NCBI GenBank assembly: GCA_041498975.1
Contig: JBGQJI010000027.1
Coordinates: 1-25,028 of the forward strand
Length of the DNA: 25,028 nucleotides
Direction: 5' to 3'
Source: Candidatus Methylomirabilis sp.
Lineage (GTDB): Bacteria; Methylomirabilota; Methylomirabilia; Methylomirabilales; Methylomirabilaceae
Position 1 is the stretch's first letter, and each line of letters opens with the position of its first letter. The notes under the pieces were generated by a model. That model was not told the origin of the DNA, did no database searches, and saw only the letters and a list, made by a program, of their open reading frames with translations. A program made the position numbers and the translations under genes. Shown piece by piece: positions 1-8,251 of the stretch.

Positions 1-143
<143 letters not shown>

Positions 144-244
144 TGAACGTACGAGGTACAAGCCTCGAAACGGATCGCCCGTAGCCGGGCAACCCGCTCT
201 GGCTGACTTCATCCGCCCTCAAGTCAGTAGCAACGATATTCTAT

Positions 245-282
245 TGTCAAAGAGCAAACATCGAAGCCAGGGGGCTTCGATG
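245..282 (-). promoter_or_regulatory. rrn leader antitermination elements: boxB-like hairpin and boxA
   Basis: Minus-strand TGCTCTTTGACA (245-256) matches boxA consensus TGCTCTTTAACA. It is preceded by a 10-bp hairpin catcgaagcc/ggcttcgatg (259-282). Confidence 0.75.
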
Positions 283-301
283 CTCGGCAAACCCTTAATT
301 G

Positions 302-330
302 AATATAGAACAAACTTCCCCGAACGTCAA
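302..330 (-). promoter_or_regulatory. rRNA operon sigma70 promoter (downstream, P2-like)
   Basis: TTGACG-17 nt-TATATT on the minus strand, upstream of boxA and 16S. Confidence 0.75.
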
Positions 331-358
331 TAGGATAGTTCAGATGCTCGGGCCCCTC

Positions 359-387
359 TTTATAACAAGGTCTCGCATGAGTGTCAA
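359..387 (-). promoter_or_regulatory. rRNA operon sigma70 promoter (upstream, P1-like)
   Basis: TTGACA-17 nt-TATAAA on the minus strand. The -35 overlaps the tyrS TGA stop, with an A-tract just upstream. Confidence 0.75.
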
Positions 388-1655
388 GTCTTTTTTCGAA
401 TCGCGGATCCTTTTCTGATCCGTCGAAAGAACCGTTTACCCACCTTCAGCAGGTGCTCCCGCTCCATAGGAACGTGCAGATGCTCGTCCAACACCACTTG
501 CCCGTCGAGGCTCACCCCGCCTTGCCGGATCAACCGCCTGGCCTCTGAGAGGCTTCTTGTTCCTCCCGAAGTCGCAATCAACCAGGCGATAGGAACGCTA
601 TTCCTCGTCCCTTCCCCCAGATCGACATGACCCTCGGGCACCTCGAATACGGGGATGTCATCCGGCAGCCCTTTCTCCTTGAAGACGCGGTCGAACTCCA
701 GGGCCGCCTCCTCTGCCGCCTGCTCTCCATGGTACAGAGTCGCCAGCGCTTTGGCCACCTCTGCCTTAGCCGCCCGAGGGTGAAGGCTGCCACCTTCGAG
801 CCCCCGACGCATGGCTTCGACGGCCTCGAGAGACATCCCTACCGCCAGCTCTGCGTACCGGACGATGAGCGGATCTGGAATGGACATCGTCTTCCCGTAA
901 ATCTCCCTGGCCGGCTCGTCGATCCCGATGTAGTTGCCCAGACTCTTGCTCATCTTCTGAACTCCGTCGGTCCCCTCCAGCAGCGGCGTGATCAGGGCGA
1001 CCTGAGGCTCCTGGCCGTCGGCCCGCTGCAGCTCCCGCCCTACGAGAAGGTTGAACTTCTGGTCGGTCCCGCCCAGTTCGACATCGGCCTTAAGAACCAC
1101 AGAGTCATGCCCTTGGGCCAAAGGGTACAGGAACTCATGGACGCCGATTGGGTGCCCCTCTTTGTATCGCTTTTCGAAATCGTCACGTTCCAAGAGACGA
1201 GCAACGGTATACTGCGACGCCAGGCGGATGACTTCGGCGAAGTTCATCCGGCCCAGCCACTCACTGTTGAAACGGATCTCCGTCCGGCCTGGATCGAGGA
1301 TCTTGAAGATCTGCCTCTTGTAGGTTTCCGCGTTGGCCTGGATCTCCTGAGCGGAGAGTGGCTTGCGCGTCTCCGACCTGCCCGTCGGGTCGCCGATCAT
1401 CCCCGTGAAATCGCCGATCAGGAATACCACCTGATGGCCAACGTCCTGAAACTGGCGCAGCTTCCTCAGGACCACCGTGTGGCCGAGGTGCAGGTCTGGG
1501 GCCGAGGGATCGGCGCCGAGCTTCACGCGCAACGGGACGCCCGTCCGAAGCGAGCGCTCCAGCTTTCCGAGCAATTCCCCCTCGGAGACGATCTCCGCAG
1601 CGCCCTGCCGGAGCGCCCGAAGCTGATCAAGAGCTCGTGCTTTCAGATCGTTCAT
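384..1655 (-). CDS. tyrS: Tyrosine--tRNA ligase
   Basis: HLGH (HIGH) and KMSKS motifs, [22 protein letters not shown] and a C-terminal S4 domain. Start placed at ATG 1655 (MNDLKA) because the longer ORF extension overlaps PBP1A. Confidence 0.97.
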   Translation of the reverse strand: MNDLKARALDQLRALRQGAAEIVSEGELLGKLERSLRTGVPLRVKLGADPSAPDLHLGHTVVLRKLRQFQDVGHQVVFLIGDFTGMIGDPTGRSETRKPLSAQEIQANAETYKRQIFKILDPGRTEIRFNSEWLGRMNFAEVIRLASQYTVARLLERDDFEKRYKEGHPIGVHEFLYPLAQGHDSVVLKADVELGGTDQKFNLLVGRELQRADGQEPQVALITPLLEGTDGVQKMSKSLGNYIGIDEPAREIYGKTMSIPDPLIVRYAELAVGMSLEAVEAMRRGLEGGSLHPRAAKAEVAKALATLYHGEQAAEEAALEFDRVFKEKGLPDDIPVFEVPEGHVDLGEGTRNSVPIAWLIATSGGTRSLSEARRLIRQGGVSLDGQVVLDEHLHVPMEREHLLKVGKRFFRRIRKGSAIRKKT

Positions 1656-1686
1656 CGCTGATATCCTGGAAGAGTTGGTGGATGCC

Positions 1687-1715
1687 TTTTTAGCACAAAG
1701 GGTCGAAGGTCGCAA
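1687..1715 (-). promoter_or_regulatory. Putative tyrS promoter
   Basis: TTGCGA-17 nt-TAAAAA with TGn extended -10 on the minus strand. Confidence 0.45.
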
Positions 1716-1770
1716 TCCCAAAAACCTTCCGCCGCGCCTCGCAACGGGGACATGGAGCACGCGGGGGCGC

Positions 1771-1799
1771 TTGTGGCGGTTGAGCCCCTCTGCTATAGT
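1771..1799 (+). promoter_or_regulatory. Putative PBP1A promoter
   Basis: TTGTGG-17 nt-TATAGT with TGn extended -10. Confidence 0.5.
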
Positions 1800-1852
1800 G
1801 TCCTTAGTGTGCCAGTGGCCTACGGTGTAGAGCCAGACAAGAGGTGCGTCGT

Positions 1853-4120
1853 ATGAGGCGATCATTCCGATCCGCGGTTCCCGTGATCTGGTGGTTACTG
1901 GTGCTGACGGCGATGTCGTTGGGTGTCGCCGGTGGGCTGTTCGGCGCCTACCGGCGAGACCTCCCAACTCTCGACGCGCTCGAGGAGTATCAGCCCAGCT
2001 TGGTGAGCACCCTCTACTCGGATCAGGGTGAGCCCTTTGCCACCTTCTTCGAGCAGAAACGGATCTGGGTGCCGTTGAGCAAGATTCCCAGGCATCTGAT
2101 CAACGGGATCATCGCGGTGGAGGACGCACAATTCTATCGGCATCACGGGATCAATTTCCGGGGAATCGCCCGCGCGCTGCTGGTGAACATCAGGGCCCTC
2201 CGCCCCGTCGAAGGCGGCAGTTCCATTACCCAGCAGTTGGCGAAGTTGCTGTTCCTCACCCCCGATAAGACCCTGTCCAGAAAAATCAAGGAGGCGATGC
2301 TGGCGATCGACATCGAAAAACACTACTCCAAGGATAAGATACTCGAACTGTATCTCAATCAGGTCTACTTCGGACACGGCGCCTACGGGGTGGAGGCCGC
2401 CGCTCATACATACTTCAAGAAGTCGGTGGATCAGTTGAATCTCTCCGAGGCCGCCACCCTTGCCGGTCTGCCACGGGCGCCCAGCTATTACTCCCCCATC
2501 ACGGACAGGGAACGTGCCATACGCCGCCGGGACCATGTGTTGGCCCGAATGGTCGAACGCGGATTCATCACGAAGGAGCAAGCCGCCCAGGTTTCCGGGA
2601 TCCCCTTTGACGAATCCTCGTTCGCGAGAACGCGGAACCTCAGCCCCTACTTCGTCGAGTACATCCGCCAGGATCTCGAAGAGAAATACGGCACGTACAT
2701 GATTTATCACGGCGGCCTGAAGATCTATACCACACTGAACATCGGCATGCAGCGGAGCGCCGATGGGGCGCTGATCGAAGGGCTCAGGGAGATCGACAAA
2801 GTCAGAGGCTTTCGCTCATCCAAGAACAGGCGCTCGGCAGCGAACCCCTCTGGAAGGGCTGCGTTCTCCTATCTCACTCCGGAGCCAGGGGAGATCGTGA
2901 GCGGAACTGTGACGAAGATCCTGCCGAAGGCGATCGCGGTCCAGGTCGGAGCGTATCAGGGGGAAGTCCCGTTTGACAAGGCGCCGTGGCTGACTGCCTC
3001 ACAACCGGACCAAGAGTTCCAGGAGGGCATGGAGGTCAAGGTCCGGGTCCTGAGCATCGACAAGCGGAAAAAGACTCTCGATCTCTCGCTCGAACAAGAC
3101 CCTGAGATCGAGGGCGCCTTTCTCGCTCTCGATCCACGGGACGGCGGAATCAAAACGATGGTGGGCGGGTACGATTTCGAGCGATCCAAATTCAACCGCG
3201 CGCTCCAGGCCAAGCGTCAACCCGGGTCGGCCTTCAAGCCGTTCGTCTACGCTGCTGCGTTCGATTCCGGCTTGACCCCTTCGACGATCATTGAAGACTC
3301 TCCGGTGAGCTATCCCCTGCTTGTCGACGGCAGACGGATCTACTGGAGCCCGGCAAACTATGACCGGAAGTTCCGTGGCCCTACTACGCTACGGTACGGA
3401 TTGGAACACTCGATCAACGTCATCGCGGTGAAACTGATCGAGCGGGTCGGGGTAGATCCCGTCATCAAGCTGGCACGGGACATGGGGATCGAGAGCACCC
3501 TGCGGAGGGAATATGCGCTGGCCCTCGGTGTCTCGGAAGTCACGCTCTTGGAGATGGTGTCGTCGTTCGGCGTCCTCGCCAACTCAGGCATCCGGTTCAC
3601 GCCATACGCCATCAGGAAGGTGATAGACAACAAGGGGGCGGTCCTGGAAGAACACGTTCCGGAGAGCCGGCTGGCCATAAAGGAAGAAACCGCGTTCATC
3701 CTGACCAATGTCCTGAAGGGCGTCGTCGAACGTGGCACCGGTTCGCGCGCAGGCGTCCTTGGCAGGCCCATTGCCGCGAAGACCGGCACCACTCAGGAAG
3801 CGACCGACGCCTGGTTCATCGGCTATACTCCCAGCCTTGTGGCGGGGGTCTGGGTTGGTTACGACACGAAGCGATCGCTGGGGCCACACGAATCGAGCGC
3901 GACCCTTGCCGTTCCCATCTGGACACGGTTCATGCAACGAGTTCTGAAGGATGTCCCACCCGAGGATTTCCCCGTGCCGGAGAATGTGGTGCCGGTTCTG
4001 GTGAACTACCGCTCCGGGCATCCCACGACCCTCGACGACAAGAACGCCATCAAGGAGTTCTTCCTGAAGGGAACCGAACCAAGCCGGATGGAGGCCAGAT
4101 CACTCGAATCGGGCGGCTGA
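1853..4120 (+). CDS. mrcA: Penicillin-binding protein 1A (class A transglycosylase/transpeptidase)
   Basis: N-terminal TM helix; GT51 motifs [26 protein letters not shown]; transpeptidase motifs SAFK, SIN, KTG. ATG at 1853 follows AGAGG; the alternative start is GTG 1844. Confidence 0.95.
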   Translation: MRRSFRSAVPVIWWLLVLTAMSLGVAGGLFGAYRRDLPTLDALEEYQPSLVSTLYSDQGEPFATFFEQKRIWVPLSKIPRHLINGIIAVEDAQFYRHHGINFRGIARALLVNIRALRPVEGGSSITQQLAKLLFLTPDKTLSRKIKEAMLAIDIEKHYSKDKILELYLNQVYFGHGAYGVEAAAHTYFKKSVDQLNLSEAATLAGLPRAPSYYSPITDRERAIRRRDHVLARMVERGFITKEQAAQVSGIPFDESSFARTRNLSPYFVEYIRQDLEEKYGTYMIYHGGLKIYTTLNIGMQRSADGALIEGLREIDKVRGFRSSKNRRSAANPSGRAAFSYLTPEPGEIVSGTVTKILPKAIAVQVGAYQGEVPFDKAPWLTASQPDQEFQEGMEVKVRVLSIDKRKKTLDLSLEQDPEIEGAFLALDPRDGGIKTMVGGYDFERSKFNRALQAKRQPGSAFKPFVYAAAFDSGLTPSTIIEDSPVSYPLLVDGRRIYWSPANYDRKFRGPTTLRYGLEHSINVIAVKLIERVGVDPVIKLARDMGIESTLRREYALALGVSEVTLLEMVSSFGVLANSGIRFTPYAIRKVIDNKGAVLEEHVPESRLAIKEETAFILTNVLKGVVERGTGSRAGVLGRPIAAKTGTTQEATDAWFIGYTPSLVAGVWVGYDTKRSLGPHESSATLAVPIWTRFMQRVLKDVPPEDFPVPENVVPVLVNYRSGHPTTLDDKNAIKEFFLKGTEPSRMEARSLESGG

Positions 4121-4128
4121 AAATCTCT

Positions 4129-4157
4129 TTGCAGTTTCGGGCTCGATGGTGTATAAC
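4129..4157 (+). promoter_or_regulatory. Sigma70-type promoter of the histone gene
   Basis: TTGCAG-17 nt-TATAAC immediately after the mrcA stop and about 57 nt upstream of ATG 4215. Confidence 0.6.
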
Positions 4158-4214
4158 CTCTTACGCGAACGGATGGTACCACTAAAAGTAACCATTGGAT
4201 AAAGGAGGGAGACC

Positions 4215-4403
4215 ATGGCAAAGCAGGGGAAACCAGCCGAGCTGATTATCTCCAAGAGCCGAACGAAGGCCGCAGCCAAGAAGTGCAATGTGTCCAGCGA
4301 CTTCTACGCCGCCCTGGACAAGAAGGTGCGGGAGATAGTGGGCGCAGCGGAGGCAAGGGCTATAGCCAACAAACGGAAGACGCTCAAGCCCCAAGACCTG
4401 TAG
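4215..4403 (+). CDS. Prokaryotic histone-fold protein (62 aa; DUF1931/face-to-face or Bd0055-like bacterial histone)
   Basis: Strong SD AAGGAGG. Sequence LIISKSRTKAAAKKCNVSSDFYAALDKKVREIVGAAEARAIANKRKTLKPQDL has the histone-fold L1 'NVS', a long alpha2, the RKT-x4-D L2 signature and a truncated alpha3. Confidence 0.88.
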   Translation: MAKQGKPAELIISKSRTKAAAKKCNVSSDFYAALDKKVREIVGAAEARAIANKRKTLKPQDL

Positions 4404-4749
4404 GCTCGAGCAACTGGAGTGGTTCGGTTCCGTGCCGACAGCAGGGGTTCCACTGGCCTGGTGAAGCCCCTGCGCACGTATTGGAGCCGGCGCGGGGCTT
4501 GATACCTCCATCCGCCCCATTTCGAGCGGGCCAAGCCCTTCTGTGACGGAGACCGGCTGCGGCCCCTGCATGGCTCAAGGGTAGAAAGCCTCGAGGGGGC
4601 ATGGCGACCGAGTCGCCCTTCGCCATGAGGAGGGTTCCCGCACTCGGCCAGCCTTGTTGCCCTGGGGGCCTTGTATTCCGCAAGAAGTCCCCTGGTCCCC
4701 TTGGTGTGGAAAGGGCCGCCCTGCCCGTAGTTCTCACGTGATCTCGAGC
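4404..4749 (+). ncRNA. Candidate structured RNA or long 3' UTR downstream of the histone gene
   Basis: No convincing CDS. Many nested helices found by eye (4441-4473, 4485-4558, 4562-4600, 4600-4627). G-U pairs favour the + strand. No family recognised. Confidence 0.3.
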
Positions 4750-5052
4750 GATCCCTCCGGGGACGATTCACGCCATTCCCTTGACGTCCTCTTCGCGATG
4801 CCTCACACCCTCACCCTTGCCCAGTGCCATTCCAACAATCCAACAGGGAACAATTCTATTCGCTGAAACGCCGACTTTTTGGCCGTCTCTCGGCCCGGCA
4901 CCATGGCCATGCCTCCCGCCTGCATCGACGGATTCTGCCTCAGCACGAAGAAACAGTTATGCAGGGAATGGAGCGCTCCAGGAAACCGATTGCCGATGCT
5001 TGCGGGCCTCGGGGGGCGGAGCTCTAAGGGGTGCGGTGAAGGCGAGAGCTGG

Positions 5053-5532
5053 TTAACTTGGCCAGCCGATATACTGGCCATCCTCCCAGAGCTCGACCAT
5101 CCTGCTCACGATGGTCAGTCTGTCTTCAAACCGTTCGCTCTGCGAGAGGACCTGATCTCGTGGCCAGAGCTTCTGCAGGGGGGGGCGCGAGTGCTCACTG
5201 ACACTGAAGTAGCTCTCACGCAACCTCATGAGGCTCTCCTGATTACAACGAAGCAGGTTGGAGGTGGGGACGATCAACGGCTTAGGGTTGTCGAAGAGAT
5301 GGCCCCAGTGGAGACAGTCGCGGAGGTTGATCCCGGCCAGGCGATAGGCGAGCCTCGCAAACTCCATAAACCACTCGGTAGTGCGGCCGCAGACCAGGCA
5401 GCCCAGGCAGCCGTCACTGACCACCACCGGAGAATACGCTTCTGCCATGGGCCCGCCCGACAGAATCCAATGCACGGTTCGATAATGGTGAAACCGCAGC
5501 TGTGGAGCAGTGAGCTCGTCTCGCGCCAGCAT
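5053..5532 (-). CDS. Hypothetical protein with CxxCxxC motif (131-159 aa depending on start)
   Basis: Globular-looking ORF containing GCLGCLVCG. Possible starts are ATG 5532 (GGAGG about 12 nt upstream) or ATG 5448. No family recognised. Confidence 0.5.
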   Translation of the reverse strand: MLARDELTAPQLRFHHYRTVHWILSGGPMAEAYSPVVVSDGCLGCLVCGRTTEWFMEFARLAYRLAGINLRDCLHWGHLFDNPKPLIVPTSNLLRCNQESLMRLRESYFSVSEHSRPPLQKLWPRDQVLSQSERFEDRLTIVSRMVELWEDGQYIGWPS

Positions 5533-5711
5533 CCGCCCATTTCCCCTCCGGCGAACCGGCACCAACGTCCCTCCCTGTCGCCCCCCGGCCGGCAACGAGG
5601 CAGGCCTGATCGCGGTCAACCGTGCCGAGCCGTTTCCCTGCTTTTTCACCATCTCGAATATCCGTTCTTCACAGTGCCCTCGCGGCGCCATTGATCAACG
5701 AACCCGCAACA

Positions 5712-5761
5712 TCCTTATCGCTCCAGGCCGATCTTGTCAACACTTTTTTATACACTTTTTT
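5712..5761 (-). promoter_or_regulatory. Putative promoter with A-tract direct repeat
   Basis: TTGACA (5735-5740)-17 nt-TAAGGA (5712-5717) on the minus strand, preceded by two copies of AAAAAAGTGT at 12-nt spacing. Confidence 0.4.
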
Positions 5762-5789
5762 CCGCCGTCAGACACCCTCCAAAGCCCCC

Positions 5790-5818
5790 TTGACACTCTC
5801 GTGAGTGGGTGTTAGGTT
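5790..5818 (+). promoter_or_regulatory. Putative promoter of the cytochrome c peroxidase gene
   Basis: TTGACA-17 nt-TAGGTT with TGn extended -10. Confidence 0.6.
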
Positions 5819-5877
5819 TCGGTCGGACCTCGGATTCAAGATGGACTATGGATTGTGGACGATCGTGAGGCAAGAGG

Positions 5878-6993
5878 ATGCGGCTGCGTGCAAAGAGAAC
5901 AGGATTTCTCCTACTGATCCGTGCGCTCGCGACCCTCATGGCCTTCAGCTTGATGCAGAGTGGCGGCTTGGCACAGCCGCCGAGCGACACCACAGCCGGA
6001 ATCGGCCCGCTCCCTCCGGTACCCATCCCTGTAGACAATCCGATGACGCCGGAGAAGATCGAGTTGGGCAAGATGCTGTTCTTCGACTACCGACTCTCGG
6101 GCGACGGAAGCCGTACGTGCGTCCACTGCCATGAACCCGATCAGGGCTGGTCCTTTCGGGACCGGCAGTCACCAGCCTACCCCACTCAGGTGGAACGACG
6201 CGCCTCCATGACCTTGATCAACGTCGCCTACAACAAGAGTCTGATCTGGGATGGAAGGGCAAGCAGTCTCGAGAAGCAGGCTTTGGGTCCGATCCAGAAC
6301 CCGCTCCACATGAACCAGAACCTGGATCTCCTCATCGAGCGGCTGAACGCCATCCCCGACTACGTCAGACGGTTCCGGCAGGTCTTCGGCACCGGCCCCC
6401 TTCCCGATGCCATCGGGAAGGCGATCGCCGCTTTCGAGCGGACCATCGTCACTGCCGACTCCCCCTTCGACCGCTATGCCAAAGGCGACCGCACGGCCCT
6501 CTCTGCGTCAGCGGTGAGCGGTCTCAGTCTCTTTACGGGCAAGGCACGGTGCATCGCCTGTCACAACGGCCCGGCCTTCACAGACAGCAGCTTTCATAAC
6601 CTCGGCGTTCCAGAGGCCGGCTTCCTCAAAGACCCAAGGGTCCTGGCGTCTCTGCGATTCGATGCGAAGCGGATGGGAGTACCCGACTACCGTTCGCTGA
6701 CCGCGGACCCCGGACGTTACCTTGTCACCAAGCAGGACAGGGATTTCGGTTCCTTCAAGACCCCTACTCTCCGCAACGTCACCTCCAGAAGTCCCTACAT
6801 GCACAACGGCGCGTTCGGCACGCTGCCGGAGGTCATTGCGTTCTACAACACGGGAGGGGGGAAGGACTCGAATAAGGATCCGTTCGTGCAGCGTCTCAAT
6901 CTGACCGAGACAGAAGCAGCCGATCTCCTCGCCTTCCTGGAAAGCCTCACCGGCGAACTCCCCAAGATCGAACCGCCAGAACTGCCCGACTAG
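5878..6993 (+). CDS. Di-heme cytochrome c peroxidase/MauG-family protein
   Basis: Signal-peptide-like N-terminus, two CxxCH motifs (CVHCH, CIACH), LGKMLFFD-RLS, WDGRA, FKTPTLRNV, PYMHNG. Confidence 0.93.
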   Translation: MRLRAKRTGFLLLIRALATLMAFSLMQSGGLAQPPSDTTAGIGPLPPVPIPVDNPMTPEKIELGKMLFFDYRLSGDGSRTCVHCHEPDQGWSFRDRQSPAYPTQVERRASMTLINVAYNKSLIWDGRASSLEKQALGPIQNPLHMNQNLDLLIERLNAIPDYVRRFRQVFGTGPLPDAIGKAIAAFERTIVTADSPFDRYAKGDRTALSASAVSGLSLFTGKARCIACHNGPAFTDSSFHNLGVPEAGFLKDPRVLASLRFDAKRMGVPDYRSLTADPGRYLVTKQDRDFGSFKTPTLRNVTSRSPYMHNGAFGTLPEVIAFYNTGGGKDSNKDPFVQRLNLTETEAADLLAFLESLTGELPKIEPPELPD

Positions 6994-7156
6994 GGGGGGG
7001 CTAAGAAGCGGGCGCGGCGGGCATTCGCTAACTTGTCGCGTGCGGGAGACCTGGAGGGGATCAGGGGGGCTGGAGGCCACGGCCTACCGGGGGTCAGTTC
7101 GCCTGAAGATGCAGGCTGCTACGGCCATCGCCGAAACAACCCGCCGAGTCCCATTT

Positions 7157-8251
7157 TCACGCACCACTCCCGTCCCAGGGAAGCAGGATCGTTCGAAGGG
7201 TTGTCCGCTGCTGCACCATTTCGAGGGCCCTCGGCAGCTCCTTCAGCGGGAGGCGGGCCGTGATCAGCCGGTTGACCGGGACCTCGCGGCGGATGATCGC
7301 CTTGACCGCCCTGGCGAAATCCATCGGCGTATGATGGTAGATCGGAACAATCTGTACTTCATCATAGTGCAGCCGGTGCAGGTCCAGGGGAAGCATGGTC
7401 CCTCGAGCAACCCCACCGAAGGCGACCAGCGTGCCACCGCGCCCGAGTAGCTCGAACGCCTCCTGGTATCCCTGCTCACTTCCCACCGCCTCGATGACGA
7501 CATCGGCCCCTTCCACCGCGAAGGCCTCTTTCAATCCCACCCCAACCTGCCCCCTGGAGGTGTTCAGAACTGTGTCTGCCCCGAATGCCTTTGCCATGGC
7601 CAAACGGTCATCGTGGTGGTCCAGGCAGATGATGCGAATTGTCCGGCCAAAGCGGCCACGCAGAGCGGACACGAACATCAGGCCGATCGGCCCTGCCCCG
7701 ACAATGGCGACGACATCCCCTTTGCAGAGCTGAATCCGGCGGATGGCGTGCATGACGCACGCCAGCGGCTCGGCCAGCGCGGCCTCCTCAAACGGGACCT
7801 CCGGGGGCAGCTCGTGCAGGTTTACCGATGCGATCCGTCCAGGAATCCGAATGTAGGGAGCGAACGCCCCGTTATTATACAGAAGTCGCTCGCACATGCC
7901 CTGGCGATGCCGCTGACAGGGGCGGCAGCGGGCTGCTGGATCCGGTTCGGTGCAGGGAGCAGAGTTTGCCGCCACCACCCGCATCCCAGGCCGCCACCTC
8001 GTATCGGCCTGCGCCCCCCGCCCCACGACGATTCCCGCCCACTCGTGGCCGAAGCGGCCGGGGACTTCGATCATCGGATGGGATCCGCGCAGGTAGACCT
8101 TCCGATCGGTGAAATCGATCGAAGCCGCCTCGACCCTGGCTAGGAGGTCCTCTGGGCCCAGGTGAGGGACCGGTACCTCTTCGAGCCGGACATCTCTGGC
8201 GCCATGGAGCACCGCCGCCAGCATGGTCTGGCTAAGGACGTTCACTGCCAT
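7157..8251 (-). CDS. Zinc-binding dehydrogenase (MDR family, sorbitol/threonine dehydrogenase-like)
   Basis: GHE motif, four-Cys structural Zn cluster, EPLAC and GAGPIG Rossmann motif. Start uncertain (8251 or 8224). Confidence 0.9.
   Translation of the reverse strand: MAVNVLSQTMLAAVLHGARDVRLEEVPVPHLGPEDLLARVEAASIDFTDRKVYLRGSHPMIEVPGRFGHEWAGIVVGRGAQADTRWRPGMRVVAANSAPCTEPDPAARCRPCQRHRQGMCERLLYNNGAFAPYIRIPGRIASVNLHELPPEVPFEEAALAEPLACVMHAIRRIQLCKGDVVAIVGAGPIGLMFVSALRGRFGRTIRIICLDHHDDRLAMAKAFGADTVLNTSRGQVGVGLKEAFAVEGADVVIEAVGSEQGYQEAFELLGRGGTLVAFGGVARGTMLPLDLHRLHYDEVQIVPIYHHTPMDFARAVKAIIRREVPVNRLITARLPLKELPRALEMVQQRTTLRTILLPWDGSGA

Noticed and set aside
1656..1967. 104-aa N-terminal extension of the tyrS ORF
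   Set aside because: Overlaps the PBP1A start and both divergent promoters; not TyrS-like.
4404..4749. RNase P RNA, tmRNA or SRP RNA as the identity of the structured region
   Set aside because: No GAGGAAAGTCC/CGGCTTA, no tRNA-like ends and no GGAAGGAAGCAGC-type motif on either strand.
4879..5694. 271-aa plus-strand ORF
   Set aside because: TTG start without an SD, low-complexity ends, and antisense to the better minus-strand ORF; cannot be fully excluded.
5689..5700. FNR box near the peroxidase promoter (TTGATCAA)
   Set aside because: Lacks the TTGAT-N4-ATCAA spacing.
6994..7156. Possible structured RNA between the convergent peroxidase and dehydrogenase genes
   Set aside because: Only short GC-rich complementarities (ggcggg/cccgcc, ggcc/ggcc); not distinguishable from chance by eye.
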